A stretch of 64,000 nucleotides of DNA from a virus. Shown here piece after piece: positions 1 to 9,926 of the stretch. The position numbers and the translations under genes were made by a program. The stretch's first letter is position 1. Each line of letters begins with the position of its first letter. The stretch lies in the IMG/VR virus record IMGVR_UViG_3300042564_002819, positions 266,025 to 330,024 of that record. One strand, 5' to 3'. The notes under the pieces were generated by a model. It did no database searches. It saw only the letters and a list, made by a program, of their open reading frames with translations, and was not told the DNA's origin.

Positions 1-159
1 GAGGATTTAAAAAATGATGTATCTGATAGACCTGATTATGAACAATCAGATAACAAAGATCTCAAAGCCACAACCACAACCCCAACCAGTGTTGCAGCCA
101 CAGCCACAACCACAGAGAAAACCGGGCCCAACAATGGCGGAACTGAAATTGATGATACC

Positions 160-552
160 TTGTCTAGAACAAGATCTCAAAACGGAGGACTAGACAATGA
201 TAGAATTATTCCGAAAACTAACACTGATGCAGATGCAATCGTGGGAGAACTTCGTACAGAAGACCTTGCTTCCGCCGCAGTTGAAGATGATGCAGGAGTG
301 GAACCGCGTGAAGTATCAGATGATGAAACTCGACAAAGAAGAATAAACGAGCTAGATGCAATAGAAAGTCACGCCGAAAACAAGCTTGCAAAAATACAGT
401 GGAAACAAGATCATCCAGATTTAACTATCAAAGAGTTTAAAGAAGCATATATAAATGGAGAGATTGATCGCCTTCCTTGGGAAGCGTATGTTCAAAACTC
501 CGAACAAAACCCTAACAGTATCTGGAATAAAATAAGATCTGACAATGAATAA
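160..552 (+). CDS. hypothetical acidic protein
   Basis: 130-aa ORF, D/E-rich, no recognisable motif. Confidence 0.35.
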   Translation: MSRTRSQNGGLDNDRIIPKTNTDADAIVGELRTEDLASAAVEDDAGVEPREVSDDETRQRRINELDAIESHAENKLAKIQWKQDHPDLTIKEFKEAYINGEIDRLPWEAYVQNSEQNPNSIWNKIRSDNE

Positions 553-934
553 TATTGTTATAATTACTCCGCCGGATATATTAAACAATGATGCATTTAG
601 TATTTGTTTAATACATCCTAGAAAAGAGTTAAAAGAAACTTTGCACGATATTTTAACTCGCGTTGAAATAAATGTAAATGTTTTTTTATACGAATTATTA
701 GCAGACTATGATATTGAATGGCTGTTAAATGTGGTAAAGTCATCCGATGTAGTTTTAATTGATGTTGATAATTGTGACGTACTTACAAAAGTTTTTTCTA
801 GTCATATTATTGCACAACCGAAAACATTTTACTTGACAAATGATAACTATACCCCTTATAATGTAATAAGCAAGAACAGAGTTTATGATCTGTCTTGGTT
901 AGAAAATATTCTTAATAGAGGAACAAATGAATAA
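545..934 (+). CDS. hypothetical protein
   Basis: 129-aa ORF, start overlaps upstream stop (ATGA coupling). Confidence 0.35.
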   Translation: MNNIVIITPPDILNNDAFSICLIHPRKELKETLHDILTRVEINVNVFLYELLADYDIEWLLNVVKSSDVVLIDVDNCDVLTKVFSSHIIAQPKTFYLTNDNYTPYNVISKNRVYDLSWLENILNRGTNE

Positions 935-1157
935 ATTTCACCAAACCGATAGCTATCCTAAAGGTTTAAGAGTTGAGGTCCATAATAACGATCTCACAAA
1001 GGCACTACGCAAACTTAAAAAGAAAATTGCAGACGACGGTATTATGCAAGATATTAAAAATAAAGAATTTTTTGAAAGCAAAAGTCTCAAGCGTCGTAAA
1101 GCAAAAGAAGCTGCAATTAGACGTTACAAGAAAACACAAAAAATGCAAGACCTCTAA
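927..1157 (+). CDS. rpsU: ribosomal protein bS21-like
   Basis: 76-aa basic protein; [43 protein letters not shown] parallels the E. coli S21 core [44 protein letters not shown]. Confidence 0.7.
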   Translation: MNKFHQTDSYPKGLRVEVHNNDLTKALRKLKKKIADDGIMQDIKNKEFFESKSLKRRKAKEAAIRRYKKTQKMQDL

Positions 1158-1165
1158 GGTTTAAA

Positions 1166-2299
1166 ATGCGTTTAGATTTAGATATAAAATTAGATTATAA
1201 AGACGTTCTTATACGTCCCAAAAGAAGTACATTAGGAAGTCGTGCAGAAGTAGATCTAATACGTAACTTTACGTTTAGAAACTATGTTCCTGGATTTCCT
1301 GAAAACACAGAAGATTATCATTATCGTGGTATTCCTATTATGGCAGCCAACATGGACGGTGTTGGCACATTTGAAGTAGCAGATGCTCTTGCGAAGCAAG
1401 GACTGTTTACATGCCTTGTAAAAACTTACACAGAAAAAGAATTAGTCGATTATTTTAATCAAGAACCGGGCGGCATTTATAGAACAGATCATGTTGCTAT
1501 GAGTATCGGAGTAAGCAATGCAGATTACGAAAAGTTCTGTAAAGTTTATTTAAGTCTCGGTGCTAGATTAAAATACCTCTGTATCGATGTTGCTAATGGA
1601 TATACAGAAACTTTTGTTAATCATGTAAGAAACATTCGCGAACGCTATCCGGAAATAGTTATTATTGCCGGTAACGTAGTAACAGGCGAAATGACGGAGG
1701 AACTTATTCTTGCTGGAGCAGATATCGTTAAAGTTGGCATTGGTCCTGGTAGTGTTTGTACTACTCGTATACAGACTGGTGTGGGTTATCCGCAATTATC
1801 AGCAGTTATCGAATGTGCAGATGCTGCTCATGGACTCGGTGGTCATATTATTGCTGACGGGGGTTGCACTTGTCCTGGCGACGTAGCCAAAGCATTTGCA
1901 GCCGGTGCTGACTTTGTAATGCTAGGTGGAATGTTAGCCGGGCATGATCAAGGCGGCGGCAACGTTATACACAAGGCTTTCAAGACTGGCGAAATACACT
2001 ATGATAACGGCGACGAAATACTTGATATAAAAAAGTTTGTGCAGTTTTATGGTATGAGTTCAAAAGCTGCTAACGATAAACACTTCGGTGGCTTAAAAGA
2101 TTACAGAGCATCCGAAGGTAGAGAAGTTCTTGTACCTTACAGAGGTGATGTACAAGTAACTGTGCAAGAAATACTAGGCGGGCTGCGTAGTACTTGCACG
2201 TATGCAGGTGCTAAGACATTAAAACAACTTAGCAAATGCACAACCTTTGTACGTGTAACACAGCAATTTAATGCTGTTTATGCGAACAATGGTAAATAA
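1166..2299 (+). CDS. guaC: IMPDH/GMP reductase family enzyme (GMP reductase-like, no CBS insert)
   Basis: 377 aa; catalytic loop [20 protein letters not shown] and GGxLAG glycine motifs of the IMPDH/GuaC TIM barrel. Confidence 0.8.
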   Translation: MRLDLDIKLDYKDVLIRPKRSTLGSRAEVDLIRNFTFRNYVPGFPENTEDYHYRGIPIMAANMDGVGTFEVADALAKQGLFTCLVKTYTEKELVDYFNQEPGGIYRTDHVAMSIGVSNADYEKFCKVYLSLGARLKYLCIDVANGYTETFVNHVRNIRERYPEIVIIAGNVVTGEMTEELILAGADIVKVGIGPGSVCTTRIQTGVGYPQLSAVIECADAAHGLGGHIIADGGCTCPGDVAKAFAAGADFVMLGGMLAGHDQGGGNVIHKAFKTGEIHYDNGDEILDIKKFVQFYGMSSKAANDKHFGGLKDYRASEGREVLVPYRGDVQVTVQEILGGLRSTCTYAGAKTLKQLSKCTTFVRVTQQFNAVYANNGK

Positions 2300-2354
2300 A
2301 AGTGGAACGCCAAAACGGGTTCCGAAAGATCTTGCTTAAATAAGGAGATATAAA

Positions 2355-2789
2355 ATGACAAGACTTACAACATTAGACCTACCCTCATTTCATCGTGCCA
2401 CAGTTGGCTTTGACAGAATTTTTAATGAAATTGAACGTCAATTTGCCAATTCTCCAAATACCAACAACTATCCTCCATACAACGTTGCTGAAATCAACGA
2501 AAACGAATGGATGATCAGTATTGCAGTTGCTGGCTTTGGAATGGACAATCTCGATATTGTACACGATAAAAATATCTTGACTGTTGAGGGCACATCTCCA
2601 AAAGGAGACGAGGAAGTAAAGTATCTACACAAGGGACTCGGAAGACGCAGTTTCCGTAGAAGCTTTACACTAGCCGACTTTGTTGAAGTTGCAAACGCAA
2701 CCCTTGAGCTCGGTATGCTAAATATTCATCTAAAGCGTAATGTTCCAGAAGAACTACAGCCGAAGAGAATTGAAATTATTGCTAACTAA
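2355..2789 (+). CDS. small heat shock protein (Hsp20/alpha-crystallin)
   Basis: IbpA-like blocks PPYNV..NEW.ISIAVAGF and FRRSFTLADFVEV within a 144-aa protein. Confidence 0.8.
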   Translation: MTRLTTLDLPSFHRATVGFDRIFNEIERQFANSPNTNNYPPYNVAEINENEWMISIAVAGFGMDNLDIVHDKNILTVEGTSPKGDEEVKYLHKGLGRRSFRRSFTLADFVEVANATLELGMLNIHLKRNVPEELQPKRIEIIAN

Positions 2790-2795
2790 TGTCTA

Positions 2796-2824
2796 ATTGT
2801 TAGAGGGTGCAACACCCTCTAACA
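2796..2824 (+). terminator. perfect 13-bp inverted repeat (TTGTTAGAGGGTG CAA CACCCTCTAACAA), putative terminator/operator
   Basis: palindrome directly after the Hsp20 stop; no U tract. Confidence 0.35.
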
Positions 2825-2842
2825 AACCTTGGAGAAAAATAA

Positions 2843-3175
2843 ATGACAAATGATGTATATAAACAAAAAGAACAACTCGACATTGCTAAAGTTAATGAAA
2901 AAATAAAAGTTGATTATAAAGAACCGTCGAGATTTAAGGTTGTGTTTTTAAATGACGACCATACTCCAATGGAATTTGTAGTTATGTTATTAGTCAAACT
3001 TTTTAAACACTCTGAAGAAACTGCACACGCTCTTACTATGAAAATTCACGAAGAAGGTTCGGGAGTTGTTGGAGTTTACAGTTATGAAATTGCCGAAGAA
3101 AAGGCCATAGAAACAATTTCTGTTTGCAGAGATAACGGGTTTCCTTTAAGAATTAAGTTAGAGGAAGAAGCTTGA
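2843..3175 (+). CDS. clpS: ClpS protease adaptor
   Basis: VVFLNDDHTPMEFVVMLLVKLF..ALTMKIHEEG matches the ClpS core (ILVNDDYTPMEFV). Confidence 0.85.
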   Translation: MTNDVYKQKEQLDIAKVNEKIKVDYKEPSRFKVVFLNDDHTPMEFVVMLLVKLFKHSEETAHALTMKIHEEGSGVVGVYSYEIAEEKAIETISVCRDNGFPLRIKLEEEA

Positions 3176-3699
3176 AGTTAAAAGAACTAACATACGAAGT
3201 TCATCAACGTGCTGAACGTACCGAATTTGCACGAAATCTTCTTAAAGGGCTTTCTCCAGAAGAATACCATCGTTATCTGTATAATCAGTATATGATATAT
3301 TCTATACTTGAAGATGCTGCCAAGCATGTATTACCTGAACTAAAAGAAATCTATAGAGCAGAACGCATTTATGCAGATATCAGAGAACTCGAACGAGAAT
3401 ACGCTATAGGCACCACACCCAGTCTCTTAATGCCAGTTGTGCGTGAATATGAAAAGCATATTATAAATCTAAATCGAGAAGGTATACTTGCTCACATTTA
3501 CGTTCGTCATTTTGGCGATATGTATGGCGGCCAGATGATTAAGAAACGTAATCCAGGATCAGGAACTATGTATGATTTTGATAACGTTGAAGAACTTAAA
3601 ACTAAGGTTAGATCAATGCTGTCAGATGACATGGCAGAAGAAGCAAATCGTTGTTTTGAGTTTGCTATTCAATTGTTTACGGAATTAACCAATGAGTGA
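3172..3699 (+). CDS. ho1: heme oxygenase
   Basis: TTG start; YEVHQRAERTEFARNLLKG and HIYVRHFGDMYGGQMI resemble the HO family heme-binding helices. Confidence 0.7.
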   Translation: MKLKELTYEVHQRAERTEFARNLLKGLSPEEYHRYLYNQYMIYSILEDAAKHVLPELKEIYRAERIYADIRELEREYAIGTTPSLLMPVVREYEKHIINLNREGILAHIYVRHFGDMYGGQMIKKRNPGSGTMYDFDNVEELKTKVRSMLSDDMAEEANRCFEFAIQLFTELTNE

Positions 3700-4372
3700 A
3701 GTTTGGAATCAGTTAGTCAATCTTCAAGATAAAATTATATCTAAACTCAACTCGTGTGCCACAGAAGTATACGAGCCTGGCATGGATAGATTTAATCAGC
3801 CGGGCTGGGTGAATAGAGTTTGGCAAAACGACACAATTCGTCGTGCCCATGTTGATGTGGTTGATGCAAGATCAACTAAAGGACTGTGGATGATGCATGT
3901 TTGTTTATTTCCACATTGCACAGATACTGCACCAATTTACGGGCTAGACATAATAGCAGGTAAAAATAAAGTTACAGGATTTTTTCACGATTTTAGTCCA
4001 ACTGTAGCACCTAATCATACAATGATTATAAACTTTGGAAAAGTTGTATCTGAGTATGACTGGAAAAAAGAAAGAGAGCTTCCTGACTGGGCTAAAGCTA
4101 TTTTTAGTCAGTATATGGTTGCTGTTGGTAATGTAAATACCAACGAAGAATTAGAATCGTTAATAGACTTAAGTCTTAACAATCTTGATGACTGGCTTGG
4201 ATATTACAGATACACAAAATGCACTTACGAAGAAGGCGCGGCAGCACAAAATCGTTATGCATATTATCAAAAACAAAATCCGCATACACCAAGAACAATG
4301 ACAGCTCTTGGACTAAACGAAGAAGATGTACAAGTTTTTGTACAGGAATGCTTGTTTCCTGATATAAAATAA
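3692..4372 (+). CDS. pebS: ferredoxin-dependent bilin reductase (PebS/PebA-like)
   Basis: 226 aa; RRAHVDVVDARSTKGLWMMH and C-terminal NRYAYYQKQNPHT match FDBR motifs; adjacent to ho1 as in cyanomyophages. Confidence 0.6.
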   Translation: MSEVWNQLVNLQDKIISKLNSCATEVYEPGMDRFNQPGWVNRVWQNDTIRRAHVDVVDARSTKGLWMMHVCLFPHCTDTAPIYGLDIIAGKNKVTGFFHDFSPTVAPNHTMIINFGKVVSEYDWKKERELPDWAKAIFSQYMVAVGNVNTNEELESLIDLSLNNLDDWLGYYRYTKCTYEEGAAAQNRYAYYQKQNPHTPRTMTALGLNEEDVQVFVQECLFPDIK

Positions 4373-4427
4373 TATTAGCATACATAGAAATGACTCCGTT
4401 AGTTAAATAATAATGGAGGGCATTCCA

Positions 4428-4883
4428 ATGAAAAAAATAATAATAATCGCATGTTTGATTGCGAATCCGGCCCTAGCGGATATCGTGTTTGAATTTAATT
4501 CCCCTGCTTTTAGCGGCAATGGATATAGTACACACGTTCTTACTATTGAACAGTTAGAGCAACAACGCAGAGATAAAATTAAAGCAGACGAGCAAGCAGA
4601 ACTTGATCGCATTGAGCGTGAATATCGTAACAGTAACGCTTATAAATTTCAAAACAACTTAGAAAGTCGTATCTACGCACAACTGTCAAAACAAATAGCA
4701 GATGCACTATTTGGCGAAGGCGGCACCATTACAATAGGAGAATGGGCAGAAGCAGAAACTCCATTCGGCGATAATATTCGTTGGATGAGAGATGTTGATG
4801 ACAGAATTTATATAGAGGTATACGACTCAAATGGAGAGTTAGTATCTAGCTTTGATGTACCAGTAGGGGAGTTTGCGTTCTAA
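4428..4883 (+). CDS. csgF: CsgF-like curli assembly component
   Basis: signal peptide, then DIVFEFNSPAFSGNG (compare CsgF TMTFQFRNPNFGGNP); GGAGGG RBS 7 nt upstream. Confidence 0.65.
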   Translation: MKKIIIIACLIANPALADIVFEFNSPAFSGNGYSTHVLTIEQLEQQRRDKIKADEQAELDRIEREYRNSNAYKFQNNLESRIYAQLSKQIADALFGEGGTITIGEWAEAETPFGDNIRWMRDVDDRIYIEVYDSNGELVSSFDVPVGEFAF

Positions 4884-5656
4884 TGAAAATACTATTATCT
4901 ATATTGCTGGCCACATCTATATTAGCAAGTTGTTCATCTACAGTGAATAGAATTGAAAGTGAACCGCCGCAGGTTGTGATCACAGACGAAGAATACCTAA
5001 ATGCACTTCCTCCTCTAGCAGGACCTATGGTAGCAGCAGTGTATCAATTTGAAGATAAAACAGGGCAGCGTAAACCTAGTGAACGCCTTGCAAATATCAG
5101 CACAGCCGTTACACAAGGTGCAAGTGAATACGTAATTAAAGCACTACGCGAAGTAGGCAACGGTACATGGTTTAAAGTTGTTGAACGTGTGGGATTAGAA
5201 AACTTGTCTAAAGAGCGTCAGATTATTAGACAGACCAGAGAAAGTGTAGGAGACGAAACTCCTCTAGCACCAATGATGTTTGCAGGACTAATTGTAGAAG
5301 GTGCTATAGTTGGTTATGATTCAAATACTCTAACAGGCGGAGCGGGGGCACGCTATTTAGGTATAGGACCGAGCACTCAATACACAGAAGATGTTATAAC
5401 TGTAACAATGCGTTGTGTAAGTGTGCAGACCGGTGAAATATTAACCAGCACGGCGGTAACAAAAACAGTTGTAAGCACTAGCACAGATATGGGGGTATTT
5501 CGCTTTATTGAGTTAGGCACACAAGCAGTTGAATTAGAAGTGGGCAACAGTCAAAACGAAAGCGTAAATCATGCTGTAAGATTGGCAATTCAAGCAGCAA
5601 TAGTAGAAATGATAAAGGAAGGTGCGGATAACGGTATCTGGACCATCCAACAATAA
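4883..5656 (+). CDS. csgG: CsgG-like curli secretion channel lipoprotein
   Basis: lipobox LASC; long collinear identity with E. coli CsgG (AVYQFEDKTGQRKP; KERQIIR; IVEGAIVGYDSNTLTGGAGARYLGIGPSTQY; VQTGEILTST; GVFRFIE). Confidence 0.9.
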   Translation: MKILLSILLATSILASCSSTVNRIESEPPQVVITDEEYLNALPPLAGPMVAAVYQFEDKTGQRKPSERLANISTAVTQGASEYVIKALREVGNGTWFKVVERVGLENLSKERQIIRQTRESVGDETPLAPMMFAGLIVEGAIVGYDSNTLTGGAGARYLGIGPSTQYTEDVITVTMRCVSVQTGEILTSTAVTKTVVSTSTDMGVFRFIELGTQAVELEVGNSQNESVNHAVRLAIQAAIVEMIKEGADNGIWTIQQ

Positions 5657-5695
5657 ACAGAGTAAGATAAAACTTACCAATACGAGGGCAAAAAA

Positions 5696-6529
5696 ATGAA
5701 AAAGATTCTAACCACAGTGGCTTTCTCTATGTTGGCAACAACAGCGATAGCAAGTGAAGTATATATTGATCAAGCAGGTGGTGCATTGAATGTAGATGTG
5801 CTACAAGAAAATGGACTTAACCGTGTTAATAGAGAAGACAACCCTTTTGATATTGAAGGAAATGACATTGATATTAACATAACTCAAAACGGCGACGGCA
5901 ACGAAGCAGATTTTGAATTAGAATCAGGGGCAAATAATACTACACTGGTCTACAGTGCCGCTGGAGATTATAACACTATAATTGGACAAATATTTGGCGG
6001 AATTTCAAATACATTTGATACTACTATTACTGGTAGTTCGAACGCTATTACATACTGTAGAGATTATACAAACAGTAATTGTAATGGTGTAATTGTTAAC
6101 AATACCACAACTACAGTAGAACTAATAGGTAGTAATAACCAGTTGAACTTTGCATTAGACAGTGCAGATAGCACTAATAATATAAAAATAGGACAAACTA
6201 CTCCTAGCGATCAAAACGTGTTCAATCTTACACAAATTTCAACAGCAGGCTATGACTCTGTAACTGCTAACATTGATGGAGATTCAAACACTACCGATAT
6301 TACTCAAAATACCACAGGTGGAAACAATGTAGTAATTATGGACATCATTGGTGGAAACAACGTATTAGCATTTACTCAAACTGGAGCAGCAGGTTATAAC
6401 AATATCACAATGGACATAACCGGAAACTCCAATGCATTTACGTTTGATCAACAGACTGCTATAGGATATACTTATATCACTGGTGTAGTTGCTGGTAATT
6501 CAAATACTGTGAATATATTACAGAACTAA
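5696..6529 (+). CDS. secreted curlin-repeat-like protein
   Basis: signal peptide; N/T/Q-rich with degenerate repeats GNSNAFTFDQQTAIGY, GGNNVLAFTQTGAAGYNN, GDSNTTDITQNTTGGNN (S/G-N-x5-Q-x-G). Confidence 0.5.
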   Translation: MKKILTTVAFSMLATTAIASEVYIDQAGGALNVDVLQENGLNRVNREDNPFDIEGNDIDINITQNGDGNEADFELESGANNTTLVYSAAGDYNTIIGQIFGGISNTFDTTITGSSNAITYCRDYTNSNCNGVIVNNTTTTVELIGSNNQLNFALDSADSTNNIKIGQTTPSDQNVFNLTQISTAGYDSVTANIDGDSNTTDITQNTTGGNNVVIMDIIGGNNVLAFTQTGAAGYNNITMDITGNSNAFTFDQQTAIGYTYITGVVAGNSNTVNILQN

Positions 6530-6530
6530 T

Positions 6531-7625
6531 ATGTGGCGTTGGTTTGGAATAATGGTTATTATACCTAGCATAGCATTTGCTGAAGTGGGCAGTATCACAG
6601 AGTTTGATGGCAATCCTGCAGGTGCTGTTCGTAGCAAAGAAGAACTTGTTTTTGAACAAGCAGGGTTCGGTGTGGAAATGCTAGACAAGTTGATTACTGC
6701 TCAAACTAATTTAGAAATTACATTTGAAGACGATTCAAAAGTAAGAATTACTGAACAAAGTGAATTAGTGATAGACGATTTTGTATATGACCCAAACACC
6801 AGCACAGGAAGTATGAGTATGAAAGTTGCCCTCGGCACTGTACAAATGACCAGCGGTAAACTAGCTAAAACTAGCCGAGATCGTGTAAGTATAAACACGC
6901 CTACTGCTAGCATAACAGTTAGAGGTACTGATTTTTCAATGACTGTGGACGAGTTAGGTCGTAGTCTGATAATTCTGCTTCCAAGTTGCCCTGACGAAAC
7001 ACTCAACGAAGACGAATGTCCAGTGGGTGCTATTACAGTTAGTAACGCAGCAGGTAGTGTATCTCTTAACGAAGCATACCAAGGAACTATGGTAAGCAGT
7101 ATGGCAATGTTACCAAGCGATCCTCGTAGATTATTGTTACAAAGATCAAATATTAACAATGAATTAATCATTGTTCCTCCTAGTGAATTTCCAAACGGAT
7201 TTGCTACTGAAGACGAAGAAGAAGAAATTAGAACAGGCCTTGATGTAGACTTTTTAGAATATCAAGAACTTAGCGTAAATTTATTAAACGACGATCTTCT
7301 TAACTTTTCACAATTAGACGTAAACAGGCTTAATAACAAATACTTGGATAACTTTTTAGATTTCACACCAGGCTTAGACGACAACGAACTAGATGAAGAA
7401 GAAAATACAATTTTACCAAACATACACAAATATCCATGGATGACATGGATTGCAAACGAAGAAAGCATATTTATAGACAGTGATCGCCCTCCTCACATTG
7501 CTGTTCTAAATACCAGGGCAGACACACACGGAACTTACAGTCTTACACAAGACGACTACGTTGCAAACGTTCAAATACAAGACGGTGGCGACAACATCAA
7601 TATTAAGGTGGTACAAAAACAATGA
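6531..7625 (+). CDS. secreted protein with FecR-like beta domain
   Basis: signal peptide; segment VRSKEELVFEQAGFGVEMLDKLITAQTNLEITFEDDSKVRITEQSELVID resembles PF04773-type strands; acidic C-terminus. Confidence 0.3.
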   Translation: MWRWFGIMVIIPSIAFAEVGSITEFDGNPAGAVRSKEELVFEQAGFGVEMLDKLITAQTNLEITFEDDSKVRITEQSELVIDDFVYDPNTSTGSMSMKVALGTVQMTSGKLAKTSRDRVSINTPTASITVRGTDFSMTVDELGRSLIILLPSCPDETLNEDECPVGAITVSNAAGSVSLNEAYQGTMVSSMAMLPSDPRRLLLQRSNINNELIIVPPSEFPNGFATEDEEEEIRTGLDVDFLEYQELSVNLLNDDLLNFSQLDVNRLNNKYLDNFLDFTPGLDDNELDEEENTILPNIHKYPWMTWIANEESIFIDSDRPPHIAVLNTRADTHGTYSLTQDDYVANVQIQDGGDNINIKVVQKQ

Positions 7626-9271
7626 AAACAATAATAAAAATAATCGCAACATTTTTTGTACTAACATTTGCCACAGCAGCAAACGCTGCAATTACAGATG
7701 GTAAATTTGGTATAGCACAAATATTTGACGTTCAATATTATTGGAATGGAACAACGCTTAATGCAAGCAACTTTATTGCTCCATACGATAAGGACTTCAA
7801 CACAGTAACAGCAACCTCCGGGCAGTATTTTGAATTTTTTGATTCAACAGTGCAACCGGGAAAACAAGGTCTAAGATTAATGAATTCCAACGGAACACTG
7901 GATCGTATTATTCATGACTACGGAGACATTACAGCACTAGGCTCCGGCGCCATATTTTATATCGGCAGCGGATTCTTTGGTAATGTTATCTCGACAGCAC
8001 AAGGTTATAACTATGGATCTAGTGCTTCGTTTACAAATATGGATACAAGTGTAGATTCAAGTGATTTAACAAGTTACACTTTCGCAAGTTCGCAGCCGCT
8101 AGCAGCAGGACAAAGTGCTGCTCCAGCAGGTCCAACTTATACTAACCTAAACAGTACTATAACAACTGTTTATCCAACTAGTACTAATACACCTGCAGGT
8201 GAAGAAGCCATTAAAGCAGTCGACGGCAGCGGCAGCACCAAGTATCTTAACTTTGACAGAGAAACAGCAGGTTTCACTGTAAAATTAAGTGCAGGTCGTG
8301 TGGTAAAAGCATTGCAATTCACAACAGCAAACGATTTTGCATTGCGTGATCCAACTAAGTTTACACTTTATGGTTCAAACGATGGTGTTACTTGGACAGC
8401 AATTGTACAAGATCAACCTATTACACTGCCTAGCGGACGTGGTGTAACAATAGATCCTGTAGTTATTACAAACACAACAGCATATGTTTATTACTTTATT
8501 ACATTCCCTGAATTAAAGTCAACAACAGATCCTAGTTGTGCTAATCCAACTACACAACAACAGATACTTGCTTGCGACAGTGTTCAGATTGCAGAAGTAA
8601 TATTCTTGATGGAAGACGGCGATACCACTACCAGCACTGACCAAGGTTCAGGAAGTGTAAGCAACCCAGGTCCACAAGTACAAGTACCGTTAACCAGTAT
8701 CACAAGTGTACAACAAGCACAAGTTGCAACAGCATTTGCTATTACAAGTGGCAACAATGTTGACTTTACTATTATAGGTAGTTCAAACACAGTTGACATT
8801 GAACAACTAAGCAATGGTAACTATGTATTACTTTACTTAAACGGTAGTTCAAACACACTGGATATTTCACAGAGTGGATCAAATGCTGATAGAAACTTTG
8901 CTGACATTAACATTGTAGGCAGCAACAACACTATGACATTTGAACAAAGTGGTAACAGCAACAAAACAGCATTTTTAGATATTGACGGTAGTTACGGAAC
9001 ATACAACATTACTCAAACAGGAACTGGACTACATCATTTAGATCTTACCAACGTCGGCGATGATGCTACAGTTACAGTATTGCAAGAAGGTGCAGGTAAT
9101 CATCAAGCAATAGTAGAACTAGAAAATGCAGGCGGAAACTGGAACTTCAATCTTACACAGAGTGGAGATACAAGTCAGCTGTATAGTCTTCCAAATAACC
9201 TCAGTGACAATACTGTAGTAAATGGCGTTTGTACTAGCGGCACTTGCAATATGACAGTTAATCAACAATAA
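7622..9271 (+). CDS. secreted curlin-repeat protein with central discoidin (F5/8 type C)-like domain
   Basis: signal peptide; C-terminal repeats SNTVDIEQLSNGN, SNTLDISQSGSNA, NNTMTFEQSGNSNK, TVTVLQEGAGNHQA, NFNLTQSGDTSQ; middle AIKAVDGSGSTKYLNF..KFTLYGSNDGVTWTAI is discoidin-like. Confidence 0.55.
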   Translation: MKTIIKIIATFFVLTFATAANAAITDGKFGIAQIFDVQYYWNGTTLNASNFIAPYDKDFNTVTATSGQYFEFFDSTVQPGKQGLRLMNSNGTLDRIIHDYGDITALGSGAIFYIGSGFFGNVISTAQGYNYGSSASFTNMDTSVDSSDLTSYTFASSQPLAAGQSAAPAGPTYTNLNSTITTVYPTSTNTPAGEEAIKAVDGSGSTKYLNFDRETAGFTVKLSAGRVVKALQFTTANDFALRDPTKFTLYGSNDGVTWTAIVQDQPITLPSGRGVTIDPVVITNTTAYVYYFITFPELKSTTDPSCANPTTQQQILACDSVQIAEVIFLMEDGDTTTSTDQGSGSVSNPGPQVQVPLTSITSVQQAQVATAFAITSGNNVDFTIIGSSNTVDIEQLSNGNYVLLYLNGSSNTLDISQSGSNADRNFADINIVGSNNTMTFEQSGNSNKTAFLDIDGSYGTYNITQTGTGLHHLDLTNVGDDATVTVLQEGAGNHQAIVELENAGGNWNFNLTQSGDTSQLYSLPNNLSDNTVVNGVCTSGTCNMTVNQQ

Positions 9272-9287
9272 ATTTGTATACCACCTT

Positions 9288-9320
9288 AATGATAGGGCCT
9301 ACGGGCCCTATCATTTTAAA
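9288..9320 (+). terminator. rho-independent terminator
   Basis: AATGATAGGGCC-TACG-GGCCCTATCATT followed by TTTAAAT. Confidence 0.6.
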
Positions 9321-9344
9321 TAAATACGTTAGGGGGCAATAACA

Positions 9345-9683
9345 ATGGATTTAGTATACGGAATAGCATTGAGTTTTCATCTAGGAATGAACGAGGACTA
9401 CAATAATTTGCATCCACATATTCGTTTACAAAACGATGACTTTATTGCAGGTGCTTACTACAATAGCGAAGATGCATTAAGTGCTTATGCTGGGATTGAG
9501 CTAGGCAGCGGAAAATGGAATCACGAATTCGGTTTAGTATCTGGATACAATGAAAGCACTGTAATTCCTTTTGTTAGATCCACTTATGAATTAAATGATA
9601 ATACAATAGGTTATATATCGCCAGGGTTCGAAGATAACAACATTGGTGTAGTATTAGGCATAGAATTTCAAATTAAAAAATGA
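9345..9683 (+). CDS. hypothetical small protein (possible outer-membrane beta-strand protein)
   Basis: alternating aromatic/hydrophobic pattern, C-terminal GIEFQIKK. Confidence 0.3.
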   Translation: MDLVYGIALSFHLGMNEDYNNLHPHIRLQNDDFIAGAYYNSEDALSAYAGIELGSGKWNHEFGLVSGYNESTVIPFVRSTYELNDNTIGYISPGFEDNNIGVVLGIEFQIKK

Positions 9684-9919
9684 AGTGGCTGATCGATCTA
9701 TTTAAAGGAAAAGAAGATGAAGTACACAGTGGATCATCGGACCTCCATATTAGAATTGCTGAAATCCAGACCCGCATCGCCGCTGTTAGAAGCCGCAATG
9801 GCTGGGACAAAGAACCCTATAAAAATACTAAAATACAATCCCAACCAGTGGTGGCCCAGGAAAAACCTAAAGTAGGCAGCGAAGATTTAAAAGCTAAACT
9901 ACTTGCTATAAAAAAATAA
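9680..9919 (+). CDS. hypothetical protein
   Basis: 79-aa ORF. Confidence 0.3.
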   Translation: MKWLIDLFKGKEDEVHSGSSDLHIRIAEIQTRIAAVRSRNGWDKEPYKNTKIQSQPVVAQEKPKVGSEDLKAKLLAIKK

Positions 9920-9926
9920 ATACAGT

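Noticed and set aside
1568-1795. 75-aa antisense ORF within guaC
   Set aside because: It is embedded in a strongly supported coding region on the opposite strand.
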